The position numbers and the translations under genes were made by a program. A stretch of DNA of 62,984 bases, counting the filler, from Ministeria vibrans ATCC 50519 (Eukaryota > Protista > Filasterea): the NCBI GenBank assembly GCA_943704425.1. It is 5 parts of 5 records of this genome, joined end to end, with 100 filler letters (N's around TTAATTAATTAA, not from the genome) between each part and the next. Parts side by side here need not be neighbours in the genome. Positions count along the whole stretch, not along the records: positions 31,747 to 39,878 come from CALSCP010000324.1; positions 39,979 to 51,788 come from CALSCP010001086.1; 3 more parts are not named here. One strand, 5' to 3'. The stretch's first letter is position 1, and the number at the start of each line of letters is the position of its first letter. Of this stretch, positions 36,746 to 48,900 are shown in pieces. The notes under the pieces are model-generated. The model saw only the letters and a list, made by a program, of their open reading frames with translations. It was not told the DNA's origin and ran no database searches.

Positions 36746-39700
36746 ATGCGCGTTGCCGTCGTCGCGGCAGCGCTCCTATTGTGTACAACTTTGAATGGCG
36801 TTGGTGCTGAGCGCATCGACATTGAAATCGGACGGCGCAGTGGTACGTGCGTTTGTGATGTTCGTTGCTGCTGATTGACGTCAATATGACTGTGGATTTC
36901 ATTTTTGCAGTTCCTCTCGCTCTTCCCGAGGGCCCTGTGACCCTCTCCCGCGTCACACGAAGCAATTCGTGCAGTAGGTGAGTCGCTGGGGGGTCGCACA
37001 CTCGTATTTCTGTTCTAATTGGCTTACAGTGCCAATTTCAAAAAAAAAAAAAATAGCGAAAAGAGAAAACGCCATCTTTTTTCACACATGAATGAATATC
37101 TCTCATTGATTCTCCATTCCAGCAACCCATGCAACAACGGCGGCACATGCGAAGACACCGTCACGTCGTCGGAGGTTGACGTCGACATGGTCTTCATGCT
37201 GGACAACTCGGGCAGCATGTCGTCCAGTGACATTGAGTATATGATGTTGGCAGTCAAAGAGACGGTGAGTCCTTTCTTCTTCTTCTTTTTTTTTTTTNNN
37301 NNNNNNNTTTTTTTTTACTTTTGTTCTGAATGATTGTCTTGCGTCGACTTTCCCTTTCTGCTTCATTCAGATTGCCGTGCTCAAAGCCAACGATCGTGTT
37401 GCTATTTTCAGCTTTGGCTTTTCCAATGGGCTGACGGGCGGCGGCAGTCAGTACGACGCACGCCCGTTTCATGTGCTTCCGTTCACCGCCATGACGGACG
37501 CGAACAAGCTGGTGGTGACGCAGACGCTGCGGAATGTCGTGTACTCGATTCAGACGTGGACGCCATTGTGGGACACAGTGTGGGCGGCCATCCACTACTC
37601 AGACGAAAACACACGCGACTCCGCGCGTGGAGTGGTGATTGTCATGACGGACGGCGAGGACACGTCGAGTGTCATCAACAACGTCCAGAGCGACGACTCT
37701 GATGAGATTCCCGACGGCGACTGGCTCGGTCGTCAGGGCTACGACGACGCCAACATCCGCGACGACTACGGGCCCGCCTACGTCGGCTCCGACGGCCACG
37801 ACGGCGGCTGCAACCGCGCTCCCATGCCTGTCTTCTGCGTCGGTCTGCAGGTGTCCAGCTACAATGCATACCGTCTCACCGAGGTCGCCAGGACGTCCGG
37901 TAAGAACGATTGCTTAAATTTTGTCCTTCGTGTTTTTTTTTATTATTTTTTTTATGCATTTATTTATTTATCGAATCTTCTTTCTCATGATGCAATAATA
38001 ATACTGACACTAATAATATAATATTATATATGTTTTGTGTTATTATAGGTGGAAAATACTTTGGGACTTCGAGCAGTTCGCAACTGGTTGACATTTACAA
38101 GTCAATCTCGCAGGACGTGATGAACTTTCATATGTGCAAGTGCCCCGAAGGGTACACCGGCGTATCATGCGAGACGCGCCTCTTTGAGGTGTGTGACTCA
38201 TTGCCGTGTACCAATGGCGGCACGTGTCTGAACGAGCCTACTACATTTTGGTGCCAGTGTCCGCCTGGCTTTACTGGACGTCAATGCGAGACTTCCATCA
38301 ACGAGTGTGCCTCCAACCCGTGTCGCAATGGTGCGACATGCTACGACGGCAACTCAGGTTACATCTGTCAGTGCGCATGTGGCTACGAGGGACTACATTG
38401 CGAGGCCGACACAAACGAGTGTGCGAGCAATCCGTGCACGAATGGCGGAACTTGCTTCAATGAGGTCTGCTCATTCTGGTGCCAATGCCGTCCCGGGTAC
38501 ACTGGTCCTCAATGTCAGTACAACATCAACGAATGCTCATCCAATCCGTGCGCCAACGGTGGTAGCTGTATTGACGGCGTCAACTCGTACAAGTGTGATT
38601 GTCCCTGCGGCTGGACCGGCTTCCAGTGCACGTCGAACATCAACGAGTGCTCGTCCAACCCGTGTCAGCATGGCTCGACGTGTGTCGACTCTGTGTGTGG
38701 CTACACGTGTATCTGCGCCCCGGGCTACTATGGCGTTCACTGCCAGACGGACGACAACGAGTGTGCGTCGAATCCGTGCCGGAACGGCGCCACTTGTTAC
38801 GACCAAGTCAACGGTTACACCTGTTCGTGTGCTTGCGGCTATGCGGGCGTAACGTGTGCGTCTAACATCAACGAGTGCGCGTCGAACCCGTGTTTGCACT
38901 ACGGCACATGTACCGACAAGGTGTGTGGCTATGAGTGCACGTGTCCCCCTGGATACGCGGGGCCCCAGTGCCAGACTAATGTGAACGAATGCGCATCGAA
39001 CCCGTGTGCCAACGGCGCGACGTGCATCGATCGCGACGATGGCTACAGCTGCATTTGCGCATGTGGCTGGCAGGGAACGCACTGCGACTCGAACATCAAC
39101 GAGTGCGCGTCGACACCCTGCCAGAATGGCGGCACGTGTTTTGATGAAGTCTGCGCATACTGGTGCTCGTGTCCGCCAGGATACTTTGGTCTGCTATGCC
39201 AAACCAATGTTGACGAGTGCAGCAGCAATCCATGCGAGAACGGCGCAACTTGCCACGACTCTATCAATGGCTACTACTGTACCTGCCCCTGCGGCTACGA
39301 GGGAGTTCATTGTGCCACCAATACCAACGAGTGTGCATCAAACCCATGCTTGCACGACGGGTCGTGTACCGATATGACATGTGGCTACCAATGCAATTGC
39401 CGCCCTGGCTACTCCGGACTTCAGTGCCAGTACGACAACAACGAGTGTGCGTCAAACCCGTGCGCCAACGGCGGAACCTGTGTTGATCAGGTCAACGGCT
39501 ACATTTGTCACTGCGACTGCGGTTGGACTGGCACTCAGTGCTTGTACAACATTGACGAATGTGCTTCAACACCCTGTCAAAATGGCGCAACATGCATTGA
39601 TAAAACATGTGGGTTTACGTGTGATTGTCCCCCGGGTTACCACGGTCTTCTTTGTCAAACGAACACGAACGAGTGCGCCTCCAACCCTTGTACTAATGGC

Positions 39701-39878
39701 GGTACATGCGTTGATACGGTCAATGGGTACACGTGTGCGTGTTCCTGCGGCTACGAGGGATCGCACTGTCAAACGAACACCAACGAGTGTGTCAGCACTC
39801 CTTGCCAAAATGGCGGCACGTGCTTTGACGAGGTGTGCTCGTTCTGGTGCTCGTGCAGTCCTGGGTTCACTGGCGTGC
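36746..39878 (+). CDS. Secreted or membrane protein: signal peptide, RVTR site, EGF split by a VWA domain, then at least 15 cbEGF repeats; 3'-partial
   Basis: Exons splice in frame: MRVAVVAAALLLC...RVTRSNSCSSNPCNNGGTCEDT-VDMVFMLDNSGSM...TPLWDT...VIVMTDGED...VFCVGL...SGGKYF...LVDIYKSISQ-FHMCKCPEGYTGVSC, then the EGF array. Confidence 0.9.
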
Positions 39879-39978
39879 NNNNNNNNNNNNNNNNNNNNNN
39901 NNNNNNNNNNNNNNNNNNNNNNTTAATTAATTAANNNNNNNNNNNNNNNNNNNNNNNNNNNNNNNNNNNNNNNNNNNN
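39879..39978. other. Artificial contig linker
   Basis: N44-TTAATTAATTAA-N44. Confidence 0.97.
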
Positions 39979-42900
39979 GGCACGTCGACGCTGCCAACCG
40001 TCGGTGAAATCACCGGCGCCTCGTTCACATCAAGCACAAATATCGTCATGGTCTGCGAAACGGGCGCCAGCTGGCCGTCGCTCACCTCAATCTCAAGCGA
40101 CACCTGACCGCCCACCACAGTCTCATAGTCGAGTGGTCCCAAGGTCGTCAACAGACCCGACGCTCCATCAATCGCAAAGAGAGTCTGGCCACTTCCACCC
40201 GTAATCGAGAACGCCAGGGTGCCTCCATCCTGATCAATGGCCGCCACAGTGCCCACTGACGTGCCCGTGCTCGCCGACTCGCTCACCGTAAAGTTCTGTG
40301 ACAGCACAATGGGTGCGTCCGGTGCATTGGTCGCACTCACAACAACGCTCGCATCGGTAAACAGCGTGCCATCCGACACGCGCACTGTCAGCGCATAATC
40401 AACCTGCGTCTCAAAGTCAAGCATACCAGTCGACGATCGTTTCAGCTGGCCACTCGCACTGTCAATGATAAACAATCCATTGCCATCCGTCATCAGTGAG
40501 AAGGTCAGCGTGGGCGTCGGCACGTCCGCGTCCGTCGCCGTCAGCGCCGCACCAACGTCGGTGCCGGCCGCGGCGTCCTCGGGAATCGTTCGTGTCACGT
40601 TAGCATTGGTGAACACGGGTGCTTCGGGTGAGTCCAGCACATTAATGGTCAGAGTGCCGCTAGCGGTCTGCACGGGCACACCATTGTCTGACACGGACAC
40701 CTGCACCGTGTACGAGGGCGTCGTCTCGTGGTCCATCACACTCTGTGCATTCACCGTAATGCCACCAGTAGAGTTCACCACAAAGAGGCCCGTGGGAAAG
40801 CCGCTCACGAGGACGTATGTCAGCGTATCTGCAACGTCCGCGTCCGTCACCTCAATCACACCAACAGTTGTGCCTACACTGGCCACCTCGGCAACCGACA
40901 TGACCATGCCTGGAGTGAGCACTGGCGCATCGTTGCTGTCCGTCACAGTCACCGTCACGGTACCGGTGCTCGTGCCGGGCGTCGGCGTGTTGTTGTCGCT
41001 CACACGCACAGTCAGCGTGTACGACGAGGTCGTCTCAAAGTCAATCATCGCACCCGCAGCCAGGCCCAACTGTCCACTGCTCGACAACGTAAAATAGCCA
41101 TTGGGATCGCCAGCCTCGATCGTCGTCGAGAAGCTCACTGACTGGGCGGTGTCCTCGTCGACGGCCACGAGTGGCGCACCAAACGGACCCGCACTCGCAT
41201 CCTCGGCCAACGCACGTGTCTGATCTGCCATCAACACTGGCAAATCGTTCTCGTTGAGCACCGTAACCGTCACAAGCGCCGACGACCACAGGCCAGTGGC
41301 GTCCGTAGCGCGTACAGCAACCTCATACGTGGGTTGCGCCTCGAAGTCCAGCGACTGCAGTGTCGAGAGTGTGCCGTCACTCGCGAGTGCAAACAGCGTA
41401 CTCGTGCCGTTAAGAGCAAACGACGGCAATCCCGCACCCGGATCAAGATCAGTGGCCTCCAGACGTGGCAGCAGCTGCGTTCCCGAAGGCAAGTTCTCGC
41501 TCACCGAGCGCGCCTGGTTCGCAATGATGGGGGCCTCGGGAACGTTAGTCACGGTGACTGTGACGGTTGCCACCGACGAGGCTCGTCCGTCCGTCACCTC
41601 CACAATGATAGAATGTGTTGCAGTCGACTCGTAGTCCAGATCGTTGCGTGCCACCTCAAGCTGACCCGACGTCGAAACCACGCTAAAGAAGGAGCCCGCG
41701 TTGCCACCCGTAATGGACCAGGTCAACGCACCCGCATTGGCGTCCACGTCGGTCGCCGCCAACGGACCGCCCACCGCTGTACCAATCATGGCATTTTCAG
41801 GAACCTGACGGGCAATGGTGTTGCCCTCGGTGAACTCAGGCGCATCGTTGGTGTCGACGACATTCACAGTGATGGTCGCCAACGATGAGCCACTGCCATC
41901 GCTCACCGACACAATCAGTGGGTAGGTCGTAAGCGTCTCGTGGTCAAGGGTCTTCAGTGTGCGAATTTGCGCACTCTGTCCGCCCAGCGAGACAACCTCA
42001 AAACGAGTTGTGTCGCCCGACGAAATGCTAAACGTCAGAGTGTCGCCGTCCTCGTCGAGCGCCGTAATGGGCGCGCCCACGTCGCTACCAACAGTGGCAT
42101 TCTCCATCACGCTGCGCACCTGCGCCATCATTGTCGGCTTATCGTTCACGTCGGTCAGCAGTACAGTGTAACCCGTCGCAACCGACGACAGTGGCGGCGT
42201 GCCCTTGTCCGTCGCAATCACCTGCACCACATACGACGACTGAGCCTCGTAGTTGAGCGTTGCATTCTGCACGCGAAGCTGTCCTGTGCTCGCGTCAATC
42301 GCAAAAGGTCCAGCGGTGCTGGACAACGCGTACGTATGCTGTCCCCAGGGCGACAACGAATTGTCCTCGTCGCTCGCCGAGATAGGCAGACCCACAGATG
42401 TGCCGACAGGACTTCCTTCAGGCACAGTCATGGTGCCTCCCGGCAACGTAGGTACCTCGTTCACATTGTTCACATCAATAACGAGTGTTGTCACGGCCGA
42501 TCCGGTGCCATCGTACGCAGTCACATCGAGCGAGTACAGCGACTTGAGCTCGTAGTTGAGACCAAAGTCACGCACAGTGATGATACCCTCCTGTCCCAGC
42601 ACGCCCGACNNNNNNNNNNNNNNNNNNNNNNNNNNNNNNNNNNNNNNNNNNNNNNNNNNNNNNNNNNNNNNNNNNNNNNNNNNNNNNNNNNNNNNNNNNN
42701 NNNNNNNNNNNNNNNNNNNNNNNNNNNNNNNNNNNNNNNNNNNNNNNNNNNNNNNNNNNNNNNNNNNNNNNNNNNNNNNNNNNNNNNNNNNNNNNNNNNN
42801 NNNNNNNNNNNNNNNNNNNNNNNNNNNNNNNNNNNNNNNNNNNNNNNNNNNNNNNNNNNNNNNNNNNNNNNNNNNNNNNNNNNNNNNNNNNNNNNNNNNN

Positions 42901-45900
42901 NNNNNNNNNNNNNNNNNNNNNNNNNNNNNNNNNNNNNNNNNNNNNNNNNNNNNNNNNNNNNNNNNNNNNNNNNNNNNNNNNNNNNNNNNNNNNNNCTGAC
43001 CAAATGCAATGAGAGACGAGTCGGGATCCGAGGCCGAAATCGTCTGCGCCAACAGAGTGCCCAACGCAGCACCCTCAACCACCGACGCCGCACCCGCAAC
43101 AATAGAGGGTGCCTCATTCACATTCTGCAACGACACCGTCACCTGCGCAACCGTCGAGAGACCGCCGCCGTCGGTGACATTGACCCACAGCGTGAGCGTG
43201 GGAGTCGCCTCGAAATTGAGCACGGGGTCGCCGGGTGCCACAAGAACCTTAACAGCTCGCACATTCCCGACCACAGGAGCCAACACAAATGCAGTGGAGC
43301 TACCAAGTGTCTCGTCAATCGCAAACGTCAGCGTTCCAAATGGCGTGCCGGCAGCATCAGGATCAGTCGCCGTCAGTTCCGCCTCGACGCCCACCACCGT
43401 GGTGCATGCGACCCCGGAAGCACTGTTCTCGGGCACGTACACGGTCGAACTGGCGAGGTACGGCATCTCGTCAACATTGTCCACGGTAATTGTAATGGTG
43501 CCTGTGCTCGACAGACCGTTGCCATCCGTCACCGACACCGTCAACGACAGCGTTGGCGTCGTCTCAAAGTCCAGACCTGCGCGCACCAGCTTGAGCATAG
43601 CTGTGCGACCGTCTCCTGCTTCGACAATCTCCACCCATGTCTGTCCCGTGCCGCCCACAATGGCAAAAGTCACCTGGCCCGACGAGATTGTCACATTGTC
43701 GGCATCCTCGGCAGTGATCACGGCCGTTGTGGTGCCAGTCGTGCCCGACAACAACATGGTGTTCACAGGACTGTTTTCGGCAATGTGCGCCGAGTGCGAC
43801 GCGAGCGTCGGCGCATCATTTGCATTCTGCACAATCACAGTCACATTTGCCGACGAAGACAAGCCTCCTCCGTCGACAGCTACCACCTCAAGCACAAGAC
43901 TCGACGCAGTTTCGTGATCAAGTGCCGTGCTTGAGCGCAGTTGAACGCTCACCTTGTTCTGGCCGGCCGGCACCAGTTGGAACAGAAGAGAGCCCGAGCC
44001 GCCAAGGATTGAATAGGTGAGCTGCCCAAACGGAATCAACGAGCTATCCGGATCCACCGCCTGCAAGAGAGCAATAGGATCGGAGTCGGCCGGTCCCGAA
44101 CGAGCAAACGAACTGCCCACGGCACCCTCACTGATAAACACCGTCGCGGCAGTCATCACGGGCGCCTCGTCCACGTTGACAATGGTCACTGTCAGAGTCG
44201 CAGTAGCATTCAGGNNNNNNNNNNNNNNNNNNNNNNNNNNNNNNNNNNNNNNNNNNNNNNNNNNNNNNNNNNNNNNNNNNNNNNNNNNNNNNNNNNNNNN
44301 NNNNNNNNNNNNNNNNNNNNNNNNNNNNNNNNNNNNNNNNNNNNNNNNNNNNNNNNNNNNNNNNNNNNNNNNNNNNNNNNNNNNNNNNNNNNNNNNNNNN
44401 NNNNNNNNNNNNNNNNNNNNNNNNNNNNNNNNNNNNNNNNNNNNNNNNNNNNNNNNNNNNNNNNNNNNNNNNNNNNNNNNNNNNNNNNNNNNNNNNNNNN
44501 NNNNNNNNNNNNNNNNNNNNNNNNNNNNNNNNNNNNNNNNNNNNNNNNNNNNNNNNNNNNNNNNNNNNNNNNNNNNNNNNNNNNNNNNNNNNNNNNNNNN
44601 NGTCTCGTGGCTCAGCACGGGAGCGGTAGGATTCAAAAAGAGAGTGGCTGACGCCGTTGCGGCATCGGGCAGCAACAAAAAGTATTGCGCGCCAGTACCG
44701 CCCACAATCGAGTAGCTCAGCTGTCCGTCGGCAACGGATGAATCATCAGGATCCACACCGACAATGACATAGGCGGGGAGGGTGGCCGCCAAAGCTGGTT
44801 GCTCGCCCAACGACACGTTTACCAAGGCCGCATTCACAAGCGAAGTGGACGGGGCGCTGTTCTCCGCAATGTACAGCGCTGCACCCTCCAGCGTCGGGCT
44901 CGTGTTGCCGTTGTCAATGGTCACATAGAATTCAACCTCGGCGTACGCACCAGCGCCGTCCGTCGCGCGCACCAGTACCGTCATGTTGGGTGTCGTCTCG
45001 GCTGTGGGCACTGTTCGTGTCGCAATGAGGTAGGCGCCGCTCGAGGGCGATGATGGATTCACCAACTCGGCCGCGAAGAAGTCGAGACCGGTGCCGTTGA
45101 CAACGGCATACGACAGTTGGCCGAGGGCCGTCTGTGAATCGTCCGGGTCCGTCCCTTGAATCACAAGTCCCGTAAACACCGAGCCAATCTTAAGCACCTT
45201 GCTTCCAACCACACTCAGTTCCAGAATATGACCATTGTCACCCGTCAGCTGAGGCTCCTGGTTCGTCTGAACGTCCACCGAGAAATTGGCTGAGTTCGTC
45301 AGGAGGCCTCCGTCGGTGACCGTCACAATGATCCACGAGAGACCCGCGCGGTACGTCACAAGTGAGATGTCTTCCACAAGCACCGTGGCCGTGTTTGGCG
45401 TAGTGCTCGCACCAATCTTAAACGCACCAGGAGCCGACGAGTCCGTCAGTTGGTAGGTCAGCGTTCCAAACGGCGTATTGGCCGAGTCTGGATCGGTGGC
45501 ACGCAACAGGAAAACGCCACCCGTTGCAAGTGTCAGCGGCGTGCCCACCTGGCTGCTTGACGACGCAAGAAGCGACGACGAGGTCAACGTGGGCGCCTCG
45601 TTGACATCAGTCACACTGATGGCAACCACCGACGTGGATGTGAGTCCCACCGTGTCCGTGCCAATGACATTCAATGAATACGAGCTCTGCCCCTCGTAAT
45701 TGAGCACCTGCTTGGTCGACAGCTGTCCTGAATTCGGATCCACGCTGAACACACTTCCGGCCGCGCCGTCCACCGAGTAGGTCAGACGACTCCAGTAGCC
45801 CACAAGGTCAGCGGTGGGTGGCAGAGCACTGATGGTCACATCGTCAAGGTACAACTCCCCGCCATAGGGTGTCTGTCCCTCCGTCGAACACGCCTGGTTC

Positions 45901-48900
45901 AAGATGAGTCCGTCGATGTAGTAATCACGAACACCCAGGGCCTCTTGTACATGCTCGAGCAGGTTAATGCACGAGCGGTGCCACTGGTTGTCGGCCGTGA
46001 CGCCCCAGTCGGCAATGATGGGATAGCTGTATGTTGTGCACTGGGGCTGAGTAAGAGCAATGGAGTACCACACGGAGGTGGGGTACTTGAAGTGGATAAG
46101 CATGTTGGCCGAGGTGTCCTCAGGAATCTTGTAGGAGATGCACCAGTAGGGGTTGCCGTCGAGGTTGACTCCGTTGGACCATTGTCCCGTGGTACTCTCA
46201 AACGTAGTCGTCTCAAAGTCCCGTCCGCCGGGATTCGGAAAGTACAGAGAGTAGTTGCCACTTGCTGCGGTCGTCGTCTGGATCACTGGATCAACGTTGC
46301 CCTGTGAAGAAATGCCATTCGCCCGTGCACTCCAGTCGTCAGGCGACCCAGGACCCGCCTCAAACGTGTCACGCTCGTAGTACACGGCCGACGCAGAGAA
46401 GTCGTCAATGTGAAACTCACCGGTGTACGCAATGTCAGTCAGTCCGCCAGGGTTGCCAAAAGCAATGTTGGTAATGACATGCGATTTGCGCCCGAGTGAC
46501 GCGTCGAGCTGTGCGTCAAGATCAATGCAGCGGTAGTGCCATGCACCGTCGTTCAAGAGTGGTGCCCACGTAGCCTTGCGAGGGTACGCATTTCCCTCGT
46601 CTGAGGTCATGCCCACACTCAGACGCCCTTCGCCCACCACATCAATGAGCATGTTGGTCTTCACGGCCGCACCAATGCGATAGGCCATGCACAAGTACTG
46701 GTAAATCTTCGTGTCAAAGCCCGTTGCGGTGCGCAACGTGCCAATGGCGTCACCCGAGGACAATTTCATAGAGGCAACACCACGGAACGACGTGGTCGTG
46801 TCCTGTACCACCGTCGTCTCACCCGTGCCGGGCGTCCACACGTCTTCGGGGTTCTCAAACAAATCGAGGACATAATTGGCGCTACTAATGCTAAAGTCGT
46901 CGATCCAGAAGCCACCGCTCACCGTCACGTTCTGGCGCGCCTGGAATGAAATTTCCGTAATGGTAAAAGAGGTCGTAGTCTCGCGCGCAAAAGTGCGACG
47001 CAACTCACGATGCAAGTCAACACACGTGTAGTGCCACTTGTTGTCCAGGTGAAGATTGCCCCACGATGCACCCACTGGTCCGTACGTGGCAGACGACGTT
47101 GGTGTGGAGGCGACTGTCGGATAGATGCCAGGCGTCAGAGGCATGCTGATCCACTGTGACTCGGACGAGACGTACATGACCATGGTGGCCACCGTGGTGG
47201 GCGGAATCTTGTAGGCCATACAGATGTAGGGGTAAGTAAGCACATTGAACGAGCTAGGCTGGTACGGCTCGAGATAGCCACTCTTGAAAACGATGCCTCC
47301 CGACGAGACGGGCATGTAGAGGGAGTAGACACCATTGTAGGCGGTCGCATTGGTGATCGTGGGCGTCACGTCGTTGCTGGCGGCCCATTGGTCCATCGAG
47401 CCAGGACCACCCTCAAAGTCGTCCGCATCAAAGAAGCGGTTTCCAACGCCCATGTTCTCCTCGTAAATGACTCGCGAGTCAGCAATGTCCACGTCCGAGC
47501 CCACAATGGGTGAGCCCACCAACGAACCGACCGGTTGCGCCTCGGCAACGGATGCCGCTGACGCCCCTGGCATAACTGGTGGCGAGCCCTGAGTGAGCAC
47601 ATTGATGGTGACCGTGGCCGCTCCCTGCTGGCCGGCAGAGCGTACTCGTACAAGCACCTCGTACTTCTTCTGCACCGCACCATCCAGCTCAGCATCGGCA
47701 CGCAACCGCATCTGACCATCCGTATCCAGACTAAACGGAGTGTTCTCCGACACAAGCTCCCATGTGAAAGGTGTCACCCACTGCGAGACGTATTCCTTGC
47801 GCGAGAGCTCCACCTGCGGCTCGGGCACACTCGAAATGGAGAAGTCGTCAATCCAGAATCCCGTCGAGTACGACGCGTCTGTGGTATCGTCGGTGTTGCC
47901 CGGATGGAAGCGAATGCCGCTCACAACGTGCATAACAGTGCCAAAGTTGATGTCGAGGTACGCGTCAATGTCAATGCATCGGTAGTGCCACTTGTCGTCG
48001 TCGTACACTTCGCGCCAGGTGCCCTTGGCCGTGTACAGCGAGGGTGAAGCAGACTCGGTCATGGTGATAGAGTACCACGTTCCGCCTGCCAGCTGCACCA
48101 GCATGTTGGTTTTGGCACCCGTCGGAATGCGATAGGCCATACACATGTATGGGTAGGTGTTGGTGTCGAATCCTGAGTGGAACTGGTCCGACTCGGGCGT
48201 GAACATTGCCCACGAACCACCCGACAGGTAGAGCGAGTGATTGCCACTGAACGCAGTGTCANNNNNNNNNNNNNNNNNNNNNNNNNNNNNNNNNNNNNNN
48301 NNNNNNNNNNNNNNNNNNNNNNNNNNNNNNNNNNNNNNNNNNNNNNNNNNNNNNNNNNNNNNNNNNNNNNNNNNNNNNNNNNNNNNNNNNNNNNNNNNNN
48401 NNNNNNNNNNNNNNNNNNNNNNNNNNNNNNNNNNNNNNNNNNNNNNNNNNNNNNNNNNNNNNNNNNNNNNNNNNNNNNNNNNNNNNNNNNNNNNNNNNNN
48501 NNNNNNNNNNNNNNNNNNNNNNNNNNNNNNNNNNNNNNNNNNNNNNNNNNNNNNNNNNNNNNNNNNNNNNNNNNNNNNNNNCTTGATGAGTCCCTGCATA
48601 CCTTCGGGCACACTGTCCACGCACACATGCTCGCCACGGTACTGGCTATATGCCGGACTCATAGCCATGCCAGCGTACGCGCGGCGGTAGCCTAAAGGAA
48701 AGAAATTCATGAGAAATGTGACGCGAAAAATATTGGAAAACAATCAATAGTGTACCGGCTGGACAGAAGGAACTGCCCCATTGCACAAATACACTTGATG
48801 CCGTTGTCTGACAAACAGTGCACGCTGCAACAATCCCATCCACATCCTTGTACTGCTGATCGCTGTACGTCGAAGTGCGGTACTCAGTGGGATAGATCAT

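Noticed and set aside
31748-39926. Long alternative-frame ORFs (T/R/S/A-rich) overlapping the EGF genes, and antisense ORFs over the cadherin
   Set aside because: They are shadow ORFs expected from GC-rich, repetitive codon usage and contain no domain motifs.
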